This document shows positions 30,152 to 40,381 of a stretch of DNA of 64,000 bases, one piece after another. Source of the DNA: an uncultured bacterium (lineage in GTDB: Bacteria; Babelota; Babeliae; Babelales; Babelaceae); contig OY970332.1 of NCBI GenBank assembly GCA_963717435.1, positions 1,024,001 to 1,088,000 of the forward strand. Direction: 5' to 3'. Within the stretch, counting starts at the first letter, position 1, and every line of letters begins with the position of its first letter. Below the pieces are notes generated by a model. It was not told where the DNA came from, did not search any database, and saw nothing but the letters and a program-made list of their open reading frames with translations. The translations under genes and the position numbers were made by a program.

Positions 30152-30517
30152 TTAATGAAAAAAGTATTTTATTATTTTAATATTAGAATCCTGAACAACG
30201 GTAAAATTGTCAGATAATTGATCGCCATGCTTTTCAAATAATTTTTCCAAAGCAAATATCTTATCCTGCGCTTTTTCCATGCGAAGTCTTAATAAAATTA
30301 TACCACAATGATTAGACTGCTCTTTGAAAACTATATCCCCAAAATCTTTATCACACGTTATGAGTATTCTTTTCTCGTCTCTGGCCCTAGAAATAACTTC
30401 TGAATCTTTAGCTCCTGCCATTATTTCCCCAACAAAAATAACATCAAAGTTTTTTCCCTTGAGCCAGTTTGAGACTTGTAATCCCACACATTCATCAATA
30501 ATGAACTTTAATTTCAT
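30152..30517 (-). CDS. DUF5615 PIN-like toxin
   Basis: KFIIDECV, D.EVI..A..E.RILITCDKDFG, GIILLRL. Confidence 0.88.
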   Translation of the reverse strand: MKLKFIIDECVGLQVSNWLKGKNFDVIFVGEIMAGAKDSEVISRARDEKRILITCDKDFGDIVFKEQSNHCGIILLRLRMEKAQDKIFALEKLFEKHGDQLSDNFTVVQDSNIKIIKYFFH

Positions 30518-30523
30518 GATAGC

Positions 30524-30766
30524 TTAATAATTAACAGGTATAAAAGTTGTGTTCTCGATGTTTTGCTGAGCGAATGCGAAGCAAGCCAGTATATCTTCTT
30601 TAGTTAAATTTTTATAATCAGCGAGTATTTCTTCTGTACTAATACCTTGCGTTAAAAGACCCAAGATGTGAGGCACAGTCAATCTGGTACCTTTTACAAC
30701 GGGTTTACCTGCCATTATTTCCGGATCTATGATTATTCTTTTTATTAAATCTTTTTTATTATTCAT
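30524..30766 (-). CDS. DUF433 antitoxin
   Basis: IDPEIMAGKPVVKGTRLTV..IL, EEILADY..LT.EDI. Confidence 0.92.
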   Translation of the reverse strand: MNNKKDLIKRIIIDPEIMAGKPVVKGTRLTVPHILGLLTQGISTEEILADYKNLTKEDILACFAFAQQNIENTTFIPVNY

Positions 30767-30804
30767 AAAATCTTTCAGATTAGATTGCTATTATGTCTTC
30801 AATA

Positions 30805-31458
30805 TTAAACTAATTTTCTGACAAACAAAACATCTCCCCAAGTGACATGGTGCAGTGACTCTTGAGCCACCTTAAAGCCCCGACTTTCTAGCCAACTTTT
30901 TACCTCAGGATAAAGTGGCATTCCCGAATATCTTTCTGATAAATTTACTTCTATATGAATAGCTTTAACAGTTGACATAATTTCGGGAGAATTCTTGAGT
31001 GCCAGCAACTCGGCGCCTTGAAGATCGAGCCACATAAAATCTACATACGAAACTTTATTATCTTGAGCCCATTTATCCAAAGTTGTACAATCAACTGTTA
31101 CGGTTTTAAATTTTGCGCCAGAAAACTTTTCAAGTATACTTCCCGGTTCTAATAACGAACTAATTGCTCCAACATTTTCGCAGATATTAAAATCTGCTTT
31201 TCCAACCCTATCGCATAAAGCTAAATTAAAAGTTTTTATGTTTTTTAAATTAATTTTATTCTCTGAAAGATTCTCCAAGAGTTTTTCATAAAGTTCCGGA
31301 ACCGGTTCAAAAGAATAAATTTGGGAATCGGGCCACCGTTTAGAGATCTTAATAGTATCGCGCCCGACGTTTGCCCCTGCTTCGATTATAACCGGCGCCT
31401 CGGGCAGAAACTGTGCAATAAAATCTAAAGATATCTTTTCGGGCTTTTTATTATTCAT
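30805..31458 (-). CDS. FkbM family methyltransferase
   Basis: IEAGANVG, YSFEPVP, TLDKW, WLDLQGAE. Confidence 0.9.
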   Translation of the reverse strand: MNNKKPEKISLDFIAQFLPEAPVIIEAGANVGRDTIKISKRWPDSQIYSFEPVPELYEKLLENLSENKINLKNIKTFNLALCDRVGKADFNICENVGAISSLLEPGSILEKFSGAKFKTVTVDCTTLDKWAQDNKVSYVDFMWLDLQGAELLALKNSPEIMSTVKAIHIEVNLSERYSGMPLYPEVKSWLESRGFKVAQESLHHVTWGDVLFVRKLV

Positions 31459-31567
31459 AATTACTTATATTAAATTTTTTAAAAATATTGATCGCCAAAC
31501 CGCGTAACTGTACACTATCTAACAAAGTTAGCTTATTATAAATATATTTTAATTTAAAAGGCGCAAA

Positions 31568-32971
31568 GTGTTAAATACCAAAATAAATAAATTATTTCCC
31601 ATAATTCTGTTTTTGTTAATAAACAACTCTTATATATTGTCCATGGAACAAGATCAAGGCCACGATCATGAAGATCTATCAATAAGTGGCCAATTTGATT
31701 CAGAATACTCTGAAATTACTGCCCCACGGGGCCCACTAAGCTTAAACGACAGCATCCAGTTAGATGATACTCAAAAGCCCTTTTTTGATGACACTAATAA
31801 TACTAGCAATAACGGTTTCACTTACTCTCCCACATCTAAATATATAAATCCAAAAGATAAAATTACTTATTTGCACAGATTGGCCCAACACAGAAAAGGC
31901 GACTGTCAGGGCGAAATAGAGACGTTTGTAAAATTAGGTTGCGGTGTAAATGACAAGACAACTTACGGCCATACGCCGCTACACGTTGCTGTTGTATGGG
32001 GAAATATTGATTTTATACGTGAACTATTTAAATTTTGCAGTAATAATCCAGAAACAAATTTGAATCTTAGCATAAAAGATAGTAAAGAAGATGATAAAAA
32101 AAATGGGAAAAATACGGATGAAACGGCGTTTGAGCGCTGCGTTGATAATTATCTTGAATGCAAAGAAAATTCAGAAAAATATATTAGGCACATAAATATT
32201 ATAAAACTCTTTTTGGATCACCACACAATTTCACGAATTTCGCCCGGTTATTTCCCCTTGCACAGCTTAATATCTCAAAAAGATATAAAATTTAAGCCGG
32301 TATTGGATCTTGTTGATATAAACTATTTAAATTTACAAGATATGTATGGGGACTCACTTGCGCACAAAGCTGCACGATTTGGAAACGAAGAAATTTTGCA
32401 ATATTTAATTAAAAGAATAGCTAACATAAATTTGAAAAACAATCTTGGTAGACTGCCTATTCACGAAGCGGCTTTAAATAAAAATCAAGCCATTTTGCAA
32501 GTTTTATTAGATGCTGGTGGATGCAACATTTCAGAAAAAGATAATTACGGGAAAACTGTGTTGGATTATGCAATCGAATCTAATTATCTTTTGAATATTT
32601 ATACGCTAATAAATTCTCAAGAAGTTGATTATGCGCCCCTTATGAAAGTCATAAAGAATTGTTCTGCTGGGTTTGATAAACAGGATATAAAAAATATAAA
32701 CAGCATAATTAATGGCGATCTAAATTCAATATTACAGAAAAATAAATTTGGCTTAAACGCGCTTCATGTCTGTGTTATCAATAGCAATTATCTCGCACTA
32801 AAGTTTTTGTTAGACGAACTAAGGGAGCAAAAAACTCTAAGTGTTTCGGATTTTAATTCGATCTTAGATTCGCAAGATAATTTCAAGAATAATTTGTTGC
32901 AACTGTCATCGATTTGCAATTGCATCGATAGCGGCGAAGTTATTAGAAATTTTAAGAAAATGATTCAGTAA
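31568..32971 (+). CDS. Signal-peptide ankyrin-repeat protein
   Basis: GHTPLHVAV, GDSLAHKAA, GRLPIHEAA, GKTVLDYA. Confidence 0.9.
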   Translation: MLNTKINKLFPIILFLLINNSYILSMEQDQGHDHEDLSISGQFDSEYSEITAPRGPLSLNDSIQLDDTQKPFFDDTNNTSNNGFTYSPTSKYINPKDKITYLHRLAQHRKGDCQGEIETFVKLGCGVNDKTTYGHTPLHVAVVWGNIDFIRELFKFCSNNPETNLNLSIKDSKEDDKKNGKNTDETAFERCVDNYLECKENSEKYIRHINIIKLFLDHHTISRISPGYFPLHSLISQKDIKFKPVLDLVDINYLNLQDMYGDSLAHKAARFGNEEILQYLIKRIANINLKNNLGRLPIHEAALNKNQAILQVLLDAGGCNISEKDNYGKTVLDYAIESNYLLNIYTLINSQEVDYAPLMKVIKNCSAGFDKQDIKNINSIINGDLNSILQKNKFGLNALHVCVINSNYLALKFLLDELREQKTLSVSDFNSILDSQDNFKNNLLQLSSICNCIDSGEVIRNFKKMIQ

Positions 32972-33055
32972 GTTTATTATTTGTTTTAAAAATAAAAAAA
33001 TCAGTGTTATTGTAATTTGGTATTAAAAAACAATCCCAAAAAGAGAAAGAGTATT

Positions 33056-34459
33056 ATGAAGAGTGTAAATATTTTATCGAAAAATGTTACAAACTTAAGG
33101 TCAATTCCAAAATTTCTTGTGTTAACCTTACTGAGCTTTGCGCCGCAATTGTTTGCTATGCAAGGCACGCTGGACACATCTTTTAATCCAACAGGAACAC
33201 CTCCTGGAACAGTCACTACACAGCCAGGTGGCGCTACAAGCAGCGGATTAAATTCAATAGCGATACAATCTAATGGACAAATTGTTGCCGGTGGAAGTGC
33301 CAATAATGAATTTGCATTAGCAAGATACAACACCAATGGAACACTGGACACCAGTTTTGGTACTAATGGCGTTGTTATGATGCAACCTAGTGGCTCTACA
33401 GGTAGCGGATTAAATTCAATAGCAATACAATCTAATGGACAAATCGTTGCTGCTGGCTATGCAACTATAAACAGTGCCGCTGAATTTGCATTGGCAAGAT
33501 ACAACAGCAATGGCACATTGGACACAAACTTTGGTACTAATGGCGTTGTTACAAGGCAACCTAGTGGCTCTACAAGTAGCTCAATATATTCAATAGCGAT
33601 ACAATCTGATGGCAAAATCGTTGCCGGTGGATCAGCCCAGATTGGCAATAATGAATTTGCATTAGCAAGATTTAACAGCAATGGCACATTGGACACAAAC
33701 TTTGGTACTAATGGCGTTGTTACGGTGAAACCTAGCGGCGCTACAAGTAGCCAAATAAATTCAATAACAATACAATCTAATGGACAAATCGTTGCTGCTG
33801 GACAGGCAGTCATAAATACCATTTATGAATGTGCATTGGTTAGATACAACACCAATGGAACATTGGACGCCAGCTTTGGCACTAATGGCGTTGTCACCAC
33901 GCAACCTAGCGGCAGTTCGATTAGCGGATTAAATTCAATAACAATACAATCTAATGGACAAATCGTTGCTGGCGGTTTTGCAGTCATAAACGGCAACCAG
34001 TTCTTTGCCGTGGCTAGATACAACACCAATGGAACATTAGACACAAGCTTTGGAACTGATGGCATTGTTGCGACCGAAAATCCCGACGGTGGCGTAATAA
34101 ACTCAGTGGCAATACAATCTGATGGCAAAATCGTTGCAGGTGGAACTACAACAATAGGTGAAGGTGAATTTGAATTGGCAAGATACAACAGCAATGGCAG
34201 TTTAGACAATAGCTTTGGTACTGACGGTCTTGTCACGACCACTCCCGGCGGCAGTTCATATAGCATAATGTACGCAATGGCAATACAATCTAATGGACAA
34301 ATTGTTTCCGGCGGATTTGCACAAATAGGCAGTAACTTTGAATTTGCATTGGCAAGATACAATGCAAGCACAAGTTTGACCCAAAGTGCGCTGACATTAG
34401 CTCTAAAAAACAAATATTATGCTAATGGAACTGGCGCTAAACAGGGCCCGGTGTTTTAA
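33056..34459 (+). CDS. Delta-60 repeat protein 1 (7 repeats, putative beta-propeller)
   Basis: IAIQSNGQIVAGG...LARYNTNGTLDTSFGTNG x7; ATG at 33056 by homology with paralogs. Confidence 0.92.
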   Translation: MKSVNILSKNVTNLRSIPKFLVLTLLSFAPQLFAMQGTLDTSFNPTGTPPGTVTTQPGGATSSGLNSIAIQSNGQIVAGGSANNEFALARYNTNGTLDTSFGTNGVVMMQPSGSTGSGLNSIAIQSNGQIVAAGYATINSAAEFALARYNSNGTLDTNFGTNGVVTRQPSGSTSSSIYSIAIQSDGKIVAGGSAQIGNNEFALARFNSNGTLDTNFGTNGVVTVKPSGATSSQINSITIQSNGQIVAAGQAVINTIYECALVRYNTNGTLDASFGTNGVVTTQPSGSSISGLNSITIQSNGQIVAGGFAVINGNQFFAVARYNTNGTLDTSFGTDGIVATENPDGGVINSVAIQSDGKIVAGGTTTIGEGEFELARYNSNGSLDNSFGTDGLVTTTPGGSSYSIMYAMAIQSNGQIVSGGFAQIGSNFEFALARYNASTSLTQSALTLALKNKYYANGTGAKQGPVF

Positions 34460-34621
34460 AACTTTGATAGCAAGTTGACCAAGTATACGTAATTTTTTTT
34501 AAACATAATCAGCCCTGGGAATTTAAATATCCCGGGGCTGATTGTTTATTTGAAAAAAAACAGAAAATAATGTTATTGTAAGCTGGTATCAAAAAACAAT
34601 TTCAAAAGGAGAAACTGTATT
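34460..34621 (+). repeat. Duplicated intergenic unit (terminator plus leader)
   Basis: Nearly identical to 36047-36208, similar to 37604-37755, partial at 39181-39254; hairpin aatcagccc...gggctgatt. Confidence 0.85.
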
Positions 34622-36046
34622 ATGAATATTGTAAATATTTTATCGAAAAATGTTGCAAACTTAACGTCAATTGCAAAATTTCTTGTGTTAACCTTACTGA
34701 GCTTTGCGCCGCAATTACTCGCGACGCAAGGCACACTGGACACAACGTTTAATCCAACAGGAACACCTCCTGGAACAGTCGCCACACCAATTCCCAGCAG
34801 TTCGCAGAGCATATTAAATTCAATGGCAATACAATCTAATGGACAAATTGTTGCCGGTGGAACCGCAACCATAGGCGGCAACGAGTTATTTGCACTAGCA
34901 AGATACAACACCAATGGATCTTTGGACACAAACTTTGGAACTAATGGCATTGTTACAATGCAACCTAGTGGGGCTACAGGTAGCGTAATATATTCAATGG
35001 CAATACAATCTAATGGACAAATCGTCGCTGCTGGAGGGGCAGTCATAGGCGGCAACCAGTTATTTGCATTGGCAAGATACAACAGCAATGGAACTTTGGA
35101 CACCAGTTTTGGCACTAATGGCGTTGTTACCACAGCAATCCCCGGCAGTCCGGCTAGCGTAATATATTCAATAGCAATACAATCTAATGGACAAATCGTC
35201 GCTGCTGGAGGGGCAGTCATAGGCGGCAACGGTGAATTTGCATTGGCAAGATACAACACCAATGGAACTTTGGACACAAACTTTGGAACTAATGGCATTG
35301 TCGCTATGCAGATTAGCGGCTCTAATTATAGCCAAATATATTCAATGGCAATACAATCTAATGGTCAAATCATTGCCGGTGGCTATGCAATCATAGGCAG
35401 CAACGGTGAATTTGCATTGGCAAGATACAACACCAATGGATCTTTGGACACAAACTTTGGAACTAATGGCATTGTCGCTATGCAGATTAGCGGCTCTAAT
35501 TATAGCCAAATATTTTCAATAGCAATACAATCTAATGGTCAAATTGTTGCCGGTGGAGCGGCAATCATAGGCGGCAACGGCGAATTTGTATTGGCAAGAT
35601 ATAACACCAATGGAACACTGGACACCAGTTTTGGAAATAATGGCATTGTTACGATGCAGCCTAGCGGCGCTACAGGTGGTGAAATAAACTCAATAGCAAT
35701 ACAATCTAATGGTCAAATTGTTGCCGGTGGATATGCAACCATAAGCGGTGCTAATGAATTTGCTTTGGCAAGATACAACAGCAATGGCAGTTTAGACAAT
35801 AGCTTTGGTACTAACGGTATTGTCACGACCACTCCCGGCGGCAGTTCAGCTAGCGAAGTATTTTCAATGGCAATACAATCTAACGGACAAATTGTTGCCG
35901 GTGGTTTTGCAGTCATAGGCAGCCCCCAATTTGGACTAGCTAGATATAATGCAAGCACAAGTTTGACCCAAAGTGCGTTGACACTGGCTCTAAAAAACAA
36001 GTATTACGCTAATGGCACTGGCGCTAAACAGGGCCCAGTGTTCTAA
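34622..36046 (+). CDS. Delta-60 repeat protein 2
   Basis: Same 7-repeat architecture and C-terminal tail. Confidence 0.92.
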   Translation: MNIVNILSKNVANLTSIAKFLVLTLLSFAPQLLATQGTLDTTFNPTGTPPGTVATPIPSSSQSILNSMAIQSNGQIVAGGTATIGGNELFALARYNTNGSLDTNFGTNGIVTMQPSGATGSVIYSMAIQSNGQIVAAGGAVIGGNQLFALARYNSNGTLDTSFGTNGVVTTAIPGSPASVIYSIAIQSNGQIVAAGGAVIGGNGEFALARYNTNGTLDTNFGTNGIVAMQISGSNYSQIYSMAIQSNGQIIAGGYAIIGSNGEFALARYNTNGSLDTNFGTNGIVAMQISGSNYSQIFSIAIQSNGQIVAGGAAIIGGNGEFVLARYNTNGTLDTSFGNNGIVTMQPSGATGGEINSIAIQSNGQIVAGGYATISGANEFALARYNSNGSLDNSFGTNGIVTTTPGGSSASEVFSMAIQSNGQIVAGGFAVIGSPQFGLARYNASTSLTQSALTLALKNKYYANGTGAKQGPVF

Positions 36047-36208
36047 AACTTTGATAGCAAGTTGACCAAGTATACGTAATTTTTTTTAAACATAATCAGC
36101 CCTGGGAATTTAAATATCCCGGGGCTGATTGTTTATTTGAAAAAAACCAGAAAATAATGTTATTGTAAGCTGGTATCAAAAAACAATCCCAAAAGGAGAA
36201 AGTGTATT

Positions 36209-37603
36209 ATGAAGAGTGTAAATATTTTATCGAAAAATGTTGCAAACTCAACGCCAATTGCAAAATTTCTTGCATTAACTTTACTGAGCTTTGCGCCGCA
36301 ATTGCTCGCGATGCAGGGCTCGCTGGACACAACGTTTAATCCAACAGGAACCCCTCCTGGAACAGTCACTACCCAACCTAGTGGCGCTACAATTAGCCAA
36401 ATAAATTCAATAGCAATACAATCTAATGGACAAATCGTTGCCGGTGGAGTGGCAGTCATAGGCGGCAACAACTATTTTGCATTGGCAAGATACAACAGCA
36501 ATGGCACACTAGACACAAACTTTGGAACTAATGGCGTTGTCACCACGCAACCTAGTGGCATAATGATATCATTAGCTATACAATCTGATGGCAAAATTGT
36601 TGGTGGCGGAACAAACAACGGTGAAGGTGAATTTGAATTGGCAAGATACAACACCAATGGATCTTTGGACACCAGTTTTGGCACTAATGGCGTTGTTACG
36701 ACTGCAATTAGCGGCACTATAAGTGCCGTAATAGATTCAATAGCAATACAATCTAATGGACAAATCGTCACCGGCGGATTTGCAACAACCATAAGCGGTT
36801 CTAATGAATTTGCTTTGGCAAGATATAACAGCAATGGCACATTGGACACCAGTTTTGGAACTAATGGTATTGTTGCGATGCAACTTAGCGGCAGTTTGGC
36901 TAGCGCAATATATTCAATAGCAATACAATCTGATGGCAAAATTGTTGCCGGGGGAACGGCATTAATAGGCGGCATCCCTGAATTTGCGTTGGCAAGATAC
37001 AACACCAATGGATCTTTGGACACCAGTTTTGGAACTAATGGCGTTGTTACAAGGCAACCTAGTGGCTCTACAAGTAGCTCAATATATTCAATAGCGATAC
37101 AATCTGATGGCAAAATCGTTGCCGGTGGATCAGCCCAGATTGGCAATAATGAATTTGCATTAGCAAGATTTAACAGCAATGGCACATTGGACACCAGTTT
37201 TGGAACTAATGGCGTTGTAATCACGCAACCTAGTGGGGCTATAACTGGCCAACTATTTTCAATAGCAATACAATCTGATGGGCAAATCGTCGCCAGTGGA
37301 CAAAGCAACGGCACACTTGCATTAGCAAGGTATAACACTAATGGAACCTTGGACACAAACTTTGGAACTAATGGCATTGTTACGACGCAACCTAGCGGCG
37401 CTACAGGTGGTGAAATAAACTCAATAGCAATACAATCTAATGGTCAAATTGTTGCCGGTGGATATGCAGTCATAGGCAATAACGAATTTGCGTTGGCTAG
37501 ATATAATGCAAGCACAAGTTTGACCCAAAGTGCGTTGACACTGGCTCTAAAAAACAAGTACTACGCTAATGGCACTGGCGCTAAACAGGGCCCGGTGTTT
37601 TAA
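36209..37603 (+). CDS. Delta-60 repeat protein 3
   Basis: Same 7-repeat architecture and C-terminal tail. Confidence 0.92.
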   Translation: MKSVNILSKNVANSTPIAKFLALTLLSFAPQLLAMQGSLDTTFNPTGTPPGTVTTQPSGATISQINSIAIQSNGQIVAGGVAVIGGNNYFALARYNSNGTLDTNFGTNGVVTTQPSGIMISLAIQSDGKIVGGGTNNGEGEFELARYNTNGSLDTSFGTNGVVTTAISGTISAVIDSIAIQSNGQIVTGGFATTISGSNEFALARYNSNGTLDTSFGTNGIVAMQLSGSLASAIYSIAIQSDGKIVAGGTALIGGIPEFALARYNTNGSLDTSFGTNGVVTRQPSGSTSSSIYSIAIQSDGKIVAGGSAQIGNNEFALARFNSNGTLDTSFGTNGVVITQPSGAITGQLFSIAIQSDGQIVASGQSNGTLALARYNTNGTLDTNFGTNGIVTTQPSGATGGEINSIAIQSNGQIVAGGYAVIGNNEFALARYNASTSLTQSALTLALKNKYYANGTGAKQGPVF

Positions 37604-37755
37604 AACTTTGATAACAAGTTAACCAAGTATACTTATTTGACATAATCAGCCCCGGGAGTTTAGATATCCCAGGGCTGATTATGTTTAAAAAAAAACAGAA
37701 AATAATGTTATTGTAAGTTGATATTAAAAACAATTCCAAAAGGAGAAAGTGTATT

Positions 37756-39180
37756 ATGAAGAGTGTAAATATTTTATCGAAAAATGTTGCAAACTCAACG
37801 TCAATTGCAAAATTTCTTGCATTAACTTTACTGAGCTTTGCGCCGCAATTGCTCGCGATGCAAGGCACACTGGACACAACATTTAATCCAACAGGAACCC
37901 CTCCGGGAACAGTCGCCACACCAATTCCCAGCAGTTCGCAGAGCATATTATATTCAATGGCAATACAATCTAATGGACAAATCATTGCCGGTGGATTTGC
38001 AAGCATAGGCGGCAGCCAGTTATTTGCATTGGCAAGATATAACACTAATGGAACTTTGGACACAAACTTTGGAACTAATGGAATTGTTACAATGCAACCT
38101 AGTGGGGCTACAAATAGCCAACTATTTTCAATAGCAATACAATCTGATGGCAAAATTGTTGCTGCTGGACAGACAACCATAGGCGGCAACGGTGAATTTG
38201 TATTGGCTAGATTTAACACCAATGGAACGCTGGACACCAGTTTTGGCACTAATGGCATTGTTACGACGCAACCTAGCGGCGCTACAGGTGGCGTAATATA
38301 TTCAATAGCAATACAATCTAATGGTCAAATTGTTGCCGGGGGAGCTGTAACCATAAGCGGGACAAATGAATTTGCATTGGCTAGATACAACACCAATGGA
38401 TCTTTGGACACAAACTTTGGTACCAATGGCATTGTTACAATGCAACCTGGCGCTACAGGTAGTAGCGTAATATTTTCAATAGCAATGCAATCTAATGGAC
38501 AAATCGTTGCTGCTGGACAGGCAACCATAGGCGGCGGCCCCGCATTTGCATTGGCAAGATACAACACCAATGGAACACTGGACACCAGTTTTGGCACTAA
38601 TGGCGTTGTCGCCATGCAGATTAGTGGCTCTAATTATAGCCAAATAAATTCAATAGCAATACAATCTAATGGTCAAATCATTGCCGGTGGATTTGCAATC
38701 ATAGGCGGCAACGAGTTCTTTGTATTGGCAAGATATAACACCAATGGAACACTGGACACCAGTTTTGGAACTAATGGCATTGTTACGATGCAACCTGGCG
38801 GCGCTACAGGTGGCGTAATAAATTCAATAGCAATACAATCTAATGGTCAAATTGTTGCTGGTGGACAGGCAACCATAAGCGGTGCTAATGAATTTGTGTT
38901 GGCTAGATACAACAGCAATGGCAGTTTAGACAATAGCTTTGGTACTAACGGTATTGTCACGACCACTCCCGGCGGCAGTTCAGCTAGCGAAGTATTTTCA
39001 ATAGCAATACAATCTAACGGACAAATTGTTGCCGGTGGAGGAGCAACCATAGGCAGCCCCCAATTTGCGTTGGCAAGATACAATGCAAGCACAAGTTTGA
39101 CTCAAAGTGCGCTGACACTGGCTCTAAAAAACAAGTACTACGCTAATGGTAGTGGCGCAAAACAGGGTCCGGTGTTTTAA
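37756..39180 (+). CDS. Delta-60 repeat protein 4
   Basis: Same 7-repeat architecture and C-terminal tail. Confidence 0.92.
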   Translation: MKSVNILSKNVANSTSIAKFLALTLLSFAPQLLAMQGTLDTTFNPTGTPPGTVATPIPSSSQSILYSMAIQSNGQIIAGGFASIGGSQLFALARYNTNGTLDTNFGTNGIVTMQPSGATNSQLFSIAIQSDGKIVAAGQTTIGGNGEFVLARFNTNGTLDTSFGTNGIVTTQPSGATGGVIYSIAIQSNGQIVAGGAVTISGTNEFALARYNTNGSLDTNFGTNGIVTMQPGATGSSVIFSIAMQSNGQIVAAGQATIGGGPAFALARYNTNGTLDTSFGTNGVVAMQISGSNYSQINSIAIQSNGQIIAGGFAIIGGNEFFVLARYNTNGTLDTSFGTNGIVTMQPGGATGGVINSIAIQSNGQIVAGGQATISGANEFVLARYNSNGSLDNSFGTNGIVTTTPGGSSASEVFSIAIQSNGQIVAGGGATIGSPQFALARYNASTSLTQSALTLALKNKYYANGSGAKQGPVF

Positions 39181-39257
39181 AACTTTGATAACAAGTTAAC
39201 CAAGTATACTTATTTGACAAAATAAGCCCCCAGGATTAATTTCTGGGGGCTTTTAAA

Positions 39258-40199
39258 TTACTTTAACAAATCATCGATTTTCTTTTCAGGCGCCTGTTCA
39301 ATTCGATCAATATTATGCGCGTAAATCATGGTGGTATTGATATCTGAATGTCGGGCCATTGAGCGCGCCTCTTGAGGCGTTGCGCCTCCCATTAAACTAA
39401 ATGTGATTGCAGTGTGTCGCAAGCTGTGGGCGGTTAGTCTTGAGTCATCGATATCTATATCTTGAAGTCGTGTTTTTACTATTCTGGAAATAGATCTTGT
39501 AGTTAATCTTTTTCCAAAGTTTTTGGTGCTTAGCGACACAAATATTGGGTCCTCATCACGTACTTTTCCGCGGGCCTTTAGATAATCTTTTATTGGGGCA
39601 AGCGCAGTTTCGGTAAGCAAAACTATCTCATCCTTGCTATCGCGCCCTTTACCATGAACCAAGAGTACGGGCTGGCCACCTTGCTGGCAGATATCTTCTT
39701 TATTGGCGCGTATTATTTCTATGGTTCGCAACCCCGTCCTGACCATCAGGTTTAACATGGCATAATCCCGCTTGCCGACTAAATCTTTTGTGTCTATAGA
39801 ACTTAAGAGCTTTTTTACTTGGGCCAGGGTAAGTGAATCTTTTTTGAACCCTTTTTTTCTTTTGGGCCCCTTAACGCCCTTTGTTATATTTGGGTAGATT
39901 CTTGAAAAATCTAGCCATTCGAAAAATCTTCTTAGTGCTACAAGATAGCCCGCTATAGTGTGTGGGGCAAGCAGCTTTTTTTCTTTTAAAAACTCTTTAT
40001 ATGCAAGTATATCTTCTCTGTCAGGCGTGATTATATTACTTTTCTTTTGCCAAGCTATAAACTCGCCCAGCTGCTTTTTATATGTGTCTTTTGATGAGTA
40101 TCTTATGTCCAGTGTTCTGAAAAACTGGACCGTTAATTCGTCAATATTTGAAAGATTTGGATTTTCGGGAAAAGAAAATTTTAGCATCATACTCTCCAA
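39258..40199 (-). CDS. Tyrosine recombinase (Xer/integrase family)
   Basis: RDYAML..TGLR, HGKG, HSLRH, RHSDINTTMIY catalytic residues; SAM-like N-terminus. Confidence 0.95.
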   Translation of the reverse strand: MESMMLKFSFPENPNLSNIDELTVQFFRTLDIRYSSKDTYKKQLGEFIAWQKKSNIITPDREDILAYKEFLKEKKLLAPHTIAGYLVALRRFFEWLDFSRIYPNITKGVKGPKRKKGFKKDSLTLAQVKKLLSSIDTKDLVGKRDYAMLNLMVRTGLRTIEIIRANKEDICQQGGQPVLLVHGKGRDSKDEIVLLTETALAPIKDYLKARGKVRDEDPIFVSLSTKNFGKRLTTRSISRIVKTRLQDIDIDDSRLTAHSLRHTAITFSLMGGATPQEARSMARHSDINTTMIYAHNIDRIEQAPEKKIDDLLK

Positions 40200-40381
40200 C
40201 TTTTTTTATTTTACTACTTTTTTTGTATCTCAATCCAAATTTAGCATATTGACCCCGTAAATTCTATATTTGCGCAGTTTAGATGCTATTTTGTGCCCAC
40301 CAGTTGCGACACAAAATAAATTATGTAAAATATATAATATATCTGAATAAATTTATATATCTCGAGTTTTAATGGGGGTTT

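Noticed and set aside
33007-39092. Long antisense ORFs over the delta-60 genes
   Set aside because: Shadow frames produced by repetitive codon usage, with no independent coding signal.
33056-40199. Integron with a cassette array
   Set aside because: The recombinase converges on the array and I see no IntI-specific insertion. The repeated spacers look like duplicated terminator/leader units rather than attC sites, and all the genes are paralogs.
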